Assembly: GCA_009602735.1 (NCBI GenBank)
Contig: WELA01000694.1
Coordinates: 253,501 to 288,759, forward strand
Source: Mesotaenium endlicherianum
Taxonomy: Eukaryota
Length of the DNA stretch: 35,259 bases
Direction of reading: 5' to 3'
Shown here: positions 21,301 through 31,602 of the stretch, one piece after another
Layout of the letters: each line of letters opens with the position of its first letter
Position numbering within the stretch: the first letter of the stretch is position 1
The notes under the pieces: generated by a model
Seen by the model: only the letters and a program-made list of their open reading frames with translations
Told to the model about the DNA's origin: nothing
Databases searched by the model: none
Program-made: the position numbers and the translations under genes

Positions 21301-23060
21301 AGAAGCCCTTGCAGCAGTGAAATGAATTTGCTTATTTAAGATTAATACATTTCATTTAAATATATAAGATCAGAGATAGGTGAAAGCGTGTGAAATCAGG
21401 GAGCGATCTTCGCCCTTATAAGAATTCCGTTTACTCATCTACACCTCTTGACTCACTTACCGTAGTGTGCCATAGTTGCACACTAACACGAGGCACAAGT
21501 AAGAGGCGAGCTTGAGGACTTGAGCTTCTCCTTTAGAAACTCACGGCCTCTTGCCTACCAGGCATGCAAGCATGTATAGCACATGCACAACATCAGGGGA
21601 CTGGATAGCAAAGGCGCTCTCATTCAGATGACCATAATGTAGCTCAAACACATCCCACTGACTTAGGTGCAAACCATGGAATCTGTCCGATGTGTGACCC
21701 CGAAATGTCAGAGGGCAGAACTCTGTCAATACTACTCCAAATCGAGCAAACTTAACGACAACGGATGCATCTTGTCAAGACCTTTTCGAAAAGTCCTAGT
21801 TTGCTCCATTTGAAGCGCAAACAAAGCAGCCATGTCAATTTCCGTGAAGGCTGGTCATTAGAACGAACCCAAAAAGTGCACACTTCACTTGCAAATAAAA
21901 ATCCGGCTGTAAAGCCTACTGTCCAGAATGAGGGACCACAAGATCCCAGCCTGCTATGTACCTAGTGACCACCTGGTTGACCACGGCGCAAGGTGCGCCG
22001 TTTCGTGGGAAACCCGTTAAGTTGGGACCCACGGATCTAGGTATAACGACCATATTAATTGGTCGGTTGACTGAAGTCCTAACTGTTCAGTTGACTGACG
22101 ACGGCTCCGCCTACCCAGGAGTTAACCACACTGGTAGGACATCGGTTTACCGAATCTCAGTCGACCTCCCGACTTTCAGTATACTTTGGTCACATGTGCC
22201 AATCTACAAATAACAATATGTCTATCGTCTGCGTACTGAAGCTAAGTATATTGACTAATATCAAGCGAGCTTACTATATGTCAACCTACTGATATTATAT
22301 CCTATATATAACTGATATATAAATCTCAGCAAACTACACTATGATATAAAAGTCATCCTGTTGACCTTTTCAACAAAGTCAGCAAACTACACTATGGTAC
22401 AAAAGTCATCCTGCTGACCTTTTTGACAAAGTAAGTAAACTCGCATTACATCGACATACATTCATTTAGATGAACTCGCACATGTGAGTATATAAACATA
22501 CTACTTATTTAGTGTTATATTTATATATGCAATGAATTAAATAAATAATGAATTGATTCATTACAAGCAGCCACAAAAAAGCTCTCACGCAAGATGCTCA
22601 AGCAAAATTGGCAAACAGGTATAGCTGAAAAACTACATACAAAGTGGGCGACACGGTGTTACTATCATCCAAGAACATTTCCCTGAACAACAGGCCTGCT
22701 GGAAGCAAGTTCTTTCCCAAGTGTTTGGGACCCTCCAAGATAATGCAGCAAGTCAACCCAGTTGCTTTCAAGCTAGAGCTTCCCCAGACTATGCACATCG
22801 ACCCTGTGTTCCATGCTTCGCTCTTCAAGCCATATGTGCAACCCGACAACAAGTTCCCAAGACATGTGACAACCCCGCCAGTCCCAACAATAGTGGATGA
22901 TCACTTGGAGTATGAAGTGGAAGACATATTGGCTATGAGAATTTCAGAAGGCAACAGCAATATCTCATCAAGTAGAAAAAATGTCCAGATTCAGAGAATA
23001 GTTGGGTAGCAGAGCACTACCTTGACAAAGTTCAGAGAAAGCTGAGACGCTTTCATGCCG
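18341..23060 (+). pseudogene. pol: Element A pol (protease, RT, RNase H, integrase, chromodomain), disrupted and split by solo LTR C
   Basis: [116 protein letters not shown]. Confidence 0.95.
21318..22565 (-). mobile_element. Solo LTR C (1,248 bp), same family as B, inverted, inserted in A integrase
   Basis: Minus strand reads TGTAATGAATCA...ATTCATTTCA; TSD AGCAG (21313-21317, 22566-22570); A integrase sequence resumes after it. Confidence 0.93.
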
Positions 23061-23945
23061 CCAACCCGCATCTTGGACCAGCCCCTAGCCTCTATCCAAG
23101 GCACCAAGAGACTTCAAGAAGGCAGCTTGCCATCATCAAGAAGCAGCAAAATACCCCTTGGAGGCAGCCTGCAAGAACCAGAAAGAGGAAAAGATGACAT
23201 TAAACACTCTTCTCTTCTCGCAGATTCTGAACAGAAAACTAAAATTGTTACCGCTCATAGGTCTCTGTGTATAAAATTTTGAAATTTTACTTGGCCGTAG
23301 CCCATGAGTAGCCGACCATTTAGAATCCAAGTTTGCTCAATTTGAAGCACTGGTGAGAGAGATATGAGGCTCTGAGTAGAAGGGGGTCAGGCTGCTGCCA
23401 TTATTAAGGCAGAATATGCCTTTTGACATTGTGCCTTCCCTTGAACTTGGAATGCTCTGAAACTCAAAAATTTGGTAGAAGACATCTTTGCGCCCATTTA
23501 GAGACTAAATTTGCAGCATTTGAAGCAGTATAGAAGGACTTATAATTTTTAGAAGTTTCTGCATAGATTTGGAGTGCCTACTCTTTCTGCTCTCAACGAC
23601 ACTCCAGAACTTGGAATGCTCTTCAATTTGGTGGGCGAGTAGTTGCCTTAGACGCGCTCCGTTTGGCACCAGAATTTTTAGATTTGAAGCAATTCTCTGG
23701 ACGTTATGAATTTTTGAATTCGTGGCAGATTCTGGGCCAACTTGTACTATTTTCCTTATCATTAAGGAGGAGACTAGTTAATAGGGTCACACCACCCACG
23801 ACCTTGCCAAGACTACCTTACATGTGTAGCACCTCACTTGAAGTCTTTGACTAGTTTTCTTTGCATGTGTGGCATTTGACTTCAAGCCTTTGACTAGGCT
23901 TCTCCACATGTGACTTGACGCGCCGAGACGTTGTTATTTTTTGTC

Positions 23946-23955
23946 GGGGGAGTGA
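23946..23955 (+). other. Element A polypurine tract
   Basis: GGGGGAGTGA, preceded by a T-run, abutting the 3' LTR. Confidence 0.85.
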
Positions 23956-24458
23956 TGTAGTGCTATAAGTTATAATATATTATTTGGACTTTATATTTTG
24001 ATGCTTTTGAATATTTGGGAATAGTTTTGTGTGGATTCAAGTGTGAACATATATTTTAGTGACTTGATCATGTTCCTTGAACTTTCTAGGGCATTTTTGT
24101 ATTTAGAAGGATGGACTAAAAGAACCCCATGTGGCAAGAGTCAAATGTGCCATTTTTAGGTCAAAAGGACATGTGTACATTATTCTAGAAAGAGGTGGCA
24201 AGTCTTGGGATGCGTTGGGTGCCAGGACACATCAACGTGCACCTTCTTAGAAACTACTTGTGTAGCAAGTATATAATCAAGAGCACGTAGAAAGGACATT
24301 GGAGAATCATTCTTGTACTTGCCAAGTTTGAAAAATATATTAACTTACTGGAAACCACCTCTCTTTCAAGAAATTACCACTTGTGTTCAAAGATCTTGGT
24401 CTTGAATAAATAAAGAATTCTACTTTTCATAAGTACTTCATCTATCTGTTTCACTACA
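23956..24458 (+). repeat. Element A 3' LTR
   Basis: TGTAGTG...CACTACA, direct repeat of 16614-17119. Confidence 0.95.
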
Positions 24459-26385
24459 TTGCTTGTGCCTTATGTTAGTGTGCAACTATGGCACACTACG
24501 GTAAGTGAGTCAAGAGGTATAAATGAGTAAACAAAATTCATTATAAGGGCGAAGATCGCTCCCTGATTTTACACGCTTCCACCTATCTCTGATCTTATAT
24601 ATCCAAAAAAAAAATATTGATCATGAATAAGCAAGATTCATTTCAGCCTCTGTCAAGCAGTTCTACTCTTAATATGCTCTCAAAAACTTCCGAAAATTAT
24701 TTTGTGTGTACCCCATGTGACTTGTCAAATTGGACCGTGCATTGACTTTGACCGAGGGTATATTACACTTCTTGGCCATCCACATAATATCATATAGTGG
24801 GCCAATGGCGGCCAGCGTTCACACTTGCATACATCACAAAGCTTGTTCTTAAAGTAACATAATACTGAGTCATGGACATGGAATAATGTTGCGACTGGTT
24901 GTCGTTGGACGATGCGACGTGACGAGTGGCTAAAGTCACGGTGGCCCTAGGTACGGATGGTCAACAATTGACCCACCGACCAACTCCGTTGATAGGAGCA
25001 AGTCATAGTTCAGTAAGCCACTCGTGAAGTGCGACTACATACAAAACCCAATCAAACCTGACATCCAGAGATGGGTGGAGATAGACGAACATGACATCTG
25101 CAAGACTGTCATGTTCGCAAAGGCCACGCCATAGGCGCAGGGTCAAGCTGTTTGCGCGGATACAGGCACAGCTGAAGCAAGGGCCACGTCAGCGGATGCC
25201 GATCAGGCCAACCTGAGACATTGGATCACCTGAGGCCCATTGAATTGATGCCAAGAGAGCATTGCCACGACATGGGATATGGTCTCAAAACCAACGTCGG
25301 CGTAAATATTGACTGAGAGGTCAATTTGTCACGCGCAACATTTCTAAGGATATGCATGCATGCAAACTTGACTCAACACAAGTTAAGCAAGAGCTAACTC
25401 GAGGCCACATGCATGCACGGTGCCTGGGTAAGGCACAAGCCTTGCACACTTCTCTCTCTCGTTTTGTAGTGAATCAGCATATTGGTAGATATGTTAATTC
25501 AATTATATGCAATAATTAATTAGATTCAGGTATGTTGACCTTAACTTGATTTCCAGTCCGCTCAAGAGTGGGTAATATGCAATCTACTCAACCGAGAGGA
25601 ACAAGTTGAAGTCAACCTAGGTGAGCTTGCTGATATTGAAAGGGGCAGAGTGCCCTAGTTGAATTATAGTGACTCACAAGGAACCAAACTAGTTGCAATC
25701 ATACTCTAGAATGCAACGGCACATTACTTAGAAAGCTTGATACAATCACTAAGCATTTTGAGTAGCAAGAAATTGATCACAAATGAAATTGTCATTACAC
25801 ACCCGTAGAAATTACGAAAGTGAAAACGAAAGAAAATGAGGAAATGCTTATTTATAGTTTTCTAACCTAACACCTCCTCTCAAAGGTTGGGCCACTTAGC
25901 AACAAAAATTCTTAGCATTTGTCATATTGTAGCTTTCATAATATTCGTGAGTAGGCCAAATTAACGTGATCTGACGTGCTGGATCAATTCGACGTCCACA
26001 TACATGCATAGAAATCTCCAGAATATACTAACTTAGTACGCTCTGCTAAACCAAAATCTCTTAGTAATTTGACCTGGTCGGCATTCCGCGTTCGCCAAAA
26101 TTACATGAAGGTTTGAATTCACTCTAACTGTCCAGGTCGTTCGATGCTATTGGTTAATCCGACGGTTGTGCTCACCGCAAATGAAGGACAGGTGTCAACC
26201 GACCTCAAAACAAAGAAAACTATAAAAATTCATAACTTTTTCAATACTCAATCAAATTCGACGAATTTTATATCAAAATGACCACAAAATGCACTCTACA
26301 ATTGTATGATCTTATAAATACATTTTTTGATAGCTATTTGATCACCTTAAGCAAAAATAGCAAATTGCGTAGTAATGCATCTATG

Positions 26386-26640
26386 GATATGCTAGATGAA
26401 TGGCTAGATGACGCTTTAGGCAGATGGCGATGCGGGATGATGGAAGATGGCTGTAGATTTGGTTAGCCGATGTCCTACCAACGAGGTTAGCTCCTTAGTA
26501 AACAAAGCAATTGCACTTGCCATTGAATAGTGTACTCATTCCATGTACATATGCTAGGTAGGCTATTAAATTCAGTATTAAAAAACGAGGCCAACTCTCT
26601 GTACAGACTACTAAGAGAATATTTGCATCCAAGGCTGCAA
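26386..26640 (+). mobile_element. Decayed LTR fragment related to the element D LTR (may extend to ~26,945)
   Basis: Colinear with ~29621-29875: gatatgctagatgaatggc.., gtcctaccaacg.., actcattccatgtacatatgctagg, aaacgaggccaactctct. Confidence 0.8.
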
Positions 26641-27238
26641 GTGTAACGATATGAGCTTTTTAGGCGTATTGGGGACGTTTTCCTACTTATCTAAAAAATG
26701 TCATTCTATTATTGATATTTTATTTGATAAATGATTGCATCTTGATGAAGTAATTGATACACGCGTATGCCGACTAATTCCTGGTTGCTTGGCAAAATGA
26801 CCCGATTGCTATTGCAAAAAGCATCGTAAAATGATTTGATTACTTCGCAATAGAACGACATAATCATTCATGAAGTTATCTTGATTAATTATGAAGATAT
26901 AACTTAGTTAATTGTTGATTGATTAACTTATTATGACTTTCATTATTTCGGAGTCATTGAATTTGGTAACGACCGTCGTTAACCCGTAAGAAAACACCTT
27001 TGAAAGTGGCCTAAGGGAGCCACCGGTCGGATTCGAGCACACAATCTTTTGGTTGACTTGTTGCGACTTCGAAGATAGTCGTAAAAGTCAAACGCAACGA
27101 AATGCGGAAAGTCGCGAGCAAATTCGTACCCTTCATTTGATTCGTTCACACCTAATCGGCTTGACAAAGTAGTTATTATAACTACTGGTTCGTGTCCAAG
27201 GCGAGGACATTGCTAGTGATGCATAATGCTTCTTTGGG

Positions 27239-29379
27239 TTGAGTATGACGTTTGAAACAAAAATTTCAGGACGGTCATGCTTCACTGTCATTGATTCAAG
27301 AGCATCAGACAGCTTCATTAGTGCACGCTTTGCACAAGGAATGAGGTTGATTCCAAATGTAAAGGTTGAACAACTTCGCTTTGGCGATGGTTCTTTGGCT
27401 CTCATATTTAGAAAGATTCGGTTATCGCTTAAGGTGCAGTCGTACTTCGGGAACGGACAATTCCACTGAATTTCCCGCTTGTATTGATGCAATATTGGGT
27501 AACAGTTGGCAAACAAGTGCATTGCTTGACTACGATCGAAAGACATACATTGATTGCAAGGGACGTTGAAAGATACCTCTTCAGTCTCTATTAAGCCTGA
27601 TATGGAAATTGACAGTCCTAAACAAACTCTTCTATTGTCCACAAAGCAAGCTCAACGTTTGGCAAAGCGAGGTCAACATGTTTCTATGGATTGTTGAGAC
27701 AACCAACCCCAGAGGCTTCTACTCCGCTCTTTACGGAAGAGCCTATATTAGAAGTCTCTGGTCATGTCGCTACACTTACTGCTGAACTGTCTGCTCTTTT
27801 GCAGAAGTACAAGTCTGTGTTTTTGAGTGAAATATTAGCCGGGATACCGCTTAGTCGGGGTATTGGGCATACTATCCTCTTGTTCCCGACGCTCAACCGA
27901 CTTGGCGACCTATATATCGCCTAAGCCCGTTGGAGCTCACAAAATGAAGGACCAAATTTCCGACTTGCTCGAAAAAGGATGGATTAAGCCGAGCTCTTCT
28001 CCATTCGGGGCCCCCATCCTATTTGTCCAAAAAAAAGATGGAACGCTCAGAATGTGCAGTGATTATTGTGCGTCGAATAATATAACGATAATCGCTTTTC
28101 GTTGCCTCGCATTGATGATTTGTCTAATTTGTTGCAGGGGGCACGCATGTCCTCCTCACTTGATCTAGCCCAAGGCTACCATCAAATTCAAGTCACACCA
28201 GAGGATGTCCTCAAGACAACGTTTCGAACGCCTATTGGGCACTTCCAATGCAAAGTCCTGAGTTTTGGACTTACCAATGCACCAGCGACATTCCAAAGCA
28301 CAATGAACAATTTGTTTAGGCCGTACTTGAATAAGTTCGTCCAGGTTTACCTCAACGATATCCTTGTCTAATCAAAGACGGAGGACGAGCATTACAAGCA
28401 CCTGGATTTGATGTTGCAAATTCTTTGCGAGCAACAGCAGTATGCTAAGCTCAAGAAATGTTCCTTCCTAAAAGATAAATTGTTGTACCTCGGACATATT
28501 GTGGGTTCAAAAGGGGTGCGCCCCGACCCTGCCAAGAGTGTGAGAGTCGCAGATTGGCCTATCCCAAAAGATGTACATACTATACGTTCATTCCTTGGAT
28601 TTGCTAATTACTTTTGTAAGTTTATGCAAGGGTATTCAGTGATGGCCGCGCCACGCACTACTCTGACGAGGGAAAATTGTGCTGTTTCTTTGGAATGAGA
28701 ATACGCAGTTTGCGTTTGAGCGCATTTCGTATGCTCTCACTCATGCGCCAATTCTTTCATTGGCCAATTCCAACTTGCCATACGAGGTGGCTGCTGATAC
28801 GTCCGGTGTTGGAATAGGGGCTATCCTGCTGCAGGCAGGCCGGCCTATTTGTTTTGGGAGTCGAAAGCTGACACCTGCCGAACAAAATTACTCAAGAGTT
28901 TAACAATGGTTTCAGATCATTGCCCAAAAACCTTCTTTCAAATTTAGCCAACGCTGTCAAGGAGACAGACGAGATGGTCTGAGTTCTTGCAACGTTTTCA
29001 CTTTAAGTGTGCATATTGCCACGGTCGCAACAATGTTATTGACCCTCTAAGTCAAATTCCTCAGCGTAAGTTGTTGGTGGGGACCGTTGCGGGCTTGCAA
29101 GAACAAAATGGTCACGCTTCGAGGGCGGCCACCCTTGATTTTGCTGTACCCCCCAGACGTCTGACCGCCCCCGGCCCGATGACGAGGGTCAATCTGATTT
29201 GGATAGCGTGCATACCTCGGTCACACTTGACTTGCATCAACTGTTTCACGAGGGCTATCTCAATGATCCGTTTTTCTTAGATCTCCAGGGTACAAGCTTG
29301 AATAGTGTAGCCGTAACGATGGACAAAAGGAAAAAACACTCAAACTATATATTTGAGGACGATTCTTGGTGGCACAATG
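27239..29379 (+). pseudogene. pol: Element E: heavily decayed Ty3/gypsy pol (protease, RT, RNase H, start of integrase), cut by insertion of D
   Basis: [82 protein letters not shown]; many stops and frameshifts; its LTRs were not identified. Confidence 0.9.
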
Positions 29380-30098
29380 TGTAATGAATCAGTATATTAG
29401 TGGATATAATAATCATTTAAATATAATAGTTAATTAAGTTCAGCCTGCTGAATTTTAGTTAATAATCAGTCTGCTGGACTTTACATAATTATCAGTTTAA
29501 TGACTCAGCCGGAAGCAGCAGGCTGAAGTCCATATAAGTCAGCTTGCTGACCCATTCTTTGACAGCCAGCTGACTTCCGTACTCGGTAGCAGCAAACTGC
29601 CTTGACGTACACCTAAGTACGATATGCTAGATGAATGGCCAGATGACATCTTTATGATAGATGGCTATTCGGGATGATGGGAGATGGTGGTGGATTTGGT
29701 TAACCGAGGTCCTACCAACGTGGTTAACTCCCGGGTAGGCGGTGCCATCGCACTGACCGTTGAACAGTAAACTCATTCCATGTACATATGCTAGGCATTG
29801 CTCTCGAGTTCGGCATTTGGAAACGAGGCCAACTCTCTTGTACACCTTACTGAGAGCGATCTGAATCCAAGGCGAGAAGCCATTGATACGCACTGTCTTC
29901 TAACCTTGCTTATGTATGAGTTTACTGATTTGCATTATTGATGCTAGTTTACTCGCATTTGACTTACGAGTATCGTTCACTGCTAGTGTGTTGTCCTTTG
30001 CCGTTTAATCAGTTAACGGAAATACCATAAAGATTACTTGCTGATATAAAGATCTTAATTAATTGTTAATCGTCTATTTGGTAACTCGATTCATTTCA
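29380..30098 (+). repeat. Element D 5' LTR (719 bp)
   Basis: TGTAATGAATC...GATTCATTTCA imperfect terminal inverted repeats, followed after 1 nt by TGGTATCA; E coding sequence ends abruptly at 29379. Confidence 0.88.
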
Positions 30099-30099
30099 G

Positions 30100-30107
30100 T
30101 GGTATCA
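30100..30107 (+). other. Element D primer-binding site (short tRNA-Met-like match)
   Basis: TGGTATCA matches the first 8 nt of TGGTATCAGAGC and then diverges. Confidence 0.7.
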
Positions 30108-30123
30108 TCACAGTCTTCTTTGT

Positions 30124-31602
30124 ATGGTAAGGACAAGGTCTCAAACTAGCAACTCCCGAGACATGGAGAACCAAGATAACGAGAATGTCGAAAACCAGGC
30201 GGAAAGCCATGTAGCGGGAAACCGTACCTATTCGGAAGCAGTAGCAGATACTGCAGCTAGGGAGGCTGCAGATGAGGCAGCTGCTATTGCCGCAGTCGCA
30301 GCTCAGCAAGCTGAGGAGGAGATAGCCAGAATAGAAGCTGAACAAGTAGCAAAGGCCGCTGAAGATACAGAAAGGAGGGAAGGACAGCCAGCTGACGAGC
30401 GCACTGTCGAGGAACTCATGGCATCAAGGGCCAATGTTCTGAACCCACCTCCTGCCGTACAACTCAATGTACCCCTAGGTCAAATACGTGACCGGCTGAA
30501 TGCGGCAGGAATTGCTGCTGCAGGAGCAAGAGGGATTGTTGAGGACACTACTCAGCGAGTAGATGCCAATGCTGCTGCTGCATTTGCTAATCTACCACCC
30601 CAAAATGTAGACTTGGGAGCATTGTTCGTTCAGATGCAGTCGCAAATGGCGACCATGTATCAGTCCCAGCAGGAGGACAAAAGAATCATAATGTCCCTAC
30701 TCCGGGACAGAGACCAACTGGGGTCTCACACCACTAGTGGTGGTGGCCGAGGGCCTAGTAAGCCCAAGACGAAACCTCCCCAGGCCTATGATCCTGAGGG
30801 AAACAGAAAATATTACCTGATCAAGTTTCTCGCGGATGTTGAGCAGTGGCTAGAGAACTACCCAGAACTGCAAGATTACGAGAAGGTCAGGCACACCGGT
30901 GCGCTACTGAAAGGCAGTGCCGCAGACTGGTGGCTTTACTGGAAGGAAGAGCGTAAGGCTCGGCAACTCGGTGACCCTACGTGGGTAGAGTTTGTCGAGA
31001 AGTTGCATGAGAAGTTTGATGTCATCAACCAGCAGGAGAAAGCTATCTATGCGATGATCTCCCTGACACTGAAGCAGACCACTTCAGTTGCTGAGTTTGC
31101 TCAAAAGTTCCAAGAGAACATGATGAAGCAGCCTGATTTGCCAGAACGGTATAGGATAGCATACTTCAGGTATGGCTTGAAATCCGAGGTCTCTGGTCAT
31201 TTTGCTGAGAAAAAGTATGAGAAACTGGCTGACTTGATCCAGGATGCTGACGCCTGGGATCAGCAGCAGTTCAATCACAAGCGCCAGAGTAACGCTTTGG
31301 TGTCTAAGATTGTCAAAAAGCCCCACGGTTCCTACAATGCAGTTGAAGGAGACCAGGCTGAGGATAATCAGGGTGATGAATATGAGTATGAGTACAATGC
31401 TATTCAGTCTAGAGGTAGAGGTGGTCCCTCTCGAGGTGGCTATGGAAGGGGTGGTGGTAGGACTAAGCCGAGACCAGCCTCAGCAAAATCTACTTGCTAC
31501 CATTGTCAGCAGAAAGGCCACTACAGAGAACAGTGTCCGGTCAAGCACCTGCCTAAGGTCGAGAGAAAAGACCAGCCTTTAAAAGACAGCAACAGTCAGT
31601 AA
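30124..31602 (+). CDS. gag: Element D Gag, 492 aa
   Basis: MVRTRS start, [30 protein letters not shown] tract, zinc knuckle [14 protein letters not shown]. Confidence 0.93.
   Translation: MVRTRSQTSNSRDMENQDNENVENQAESHVAGNRTYSEAVADTAAREAADEAAAIAAVAAQQAEEEIARIEAEQVAKAAEDTERREGQPADERTVEELMASRANVLNPPPAVQLNVPLGQIRDRLNAAGIAAAGARGIVEDTTQRVDANAAAAFANLPPQNVDLGALFVQMQSQMATMYQSQQEDKRIIMSLLRDRDQLGSHTTSGGGRGPSKPKTKPPQAYDPEGNRKYYLIKFLADVEQWLENYPELQDYEKVRHTGALLKGSAADWWLYWKEERKARQLGDPTWVEFVEKLHEKFDVINQQEKAIYAMISLTLKQTTSVAEFAQKFQENMMKQPDLPERYRIAYFRYGLKSEVSGHFAEKKYEKLADLIQDADAWDQQQFNHKRQSNALVSKIVKKPHGSYNAVEGDQAEDNQGDEYEYEYNAIQSRGRGGPSRGGYGRGGGRTKPRPASAKSTCYHCQQKGHYREQCPVKHLPKVERKDQPLKDSNSQ

Larger units (their letters stand above)
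16614..24458 (+). mobile_element. Element A: full-length, inactivated Ty3/gypsy chromovirus
   Basis: Two ~505 bp direct LTRs, TSD TTGCT (16609-16613, 24459-24463), PBS, PPT, domain order GAG-PR-RT-RH-INT-chromodomain. Confidence 0.96.
15534..24645 (+). mobile_element. Solo LTR B (~1.26 kb; parts 15534-16613 and 24464-24645), interrupted by element A
   Basis: Joined halves are colinear with the reverse complement of solo LTR C; ends ...GATTCATTTCA; flanked by GCCTC (15529-15533, 24646-24650); no PBS follows; the 5' terminus is decayed (cgtgatc). Confidence 0.85.

Noticed and set aside
22095..22160. CTGACGA in solo LTR C, suggesting a retrozyme-type hammerhead
   Set aside because: No matching GAAA and stems, and the motif is not kept in the homologous D block.
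15534..22565. B and C as terminal inverted repeats of one DNA transposon
   Set aside because: Each has its own 5-bp TSD and LTR-type ends, and B continues at 24464-24645.
26386..30098. 26.4 kb fragment and the D LTR as the paired LTRs of element E
   Set aside because: The D LTR cuts E mid-pol with no PPT and is followed by its own PBS and gag; no PBS or full gag follows the fragment.
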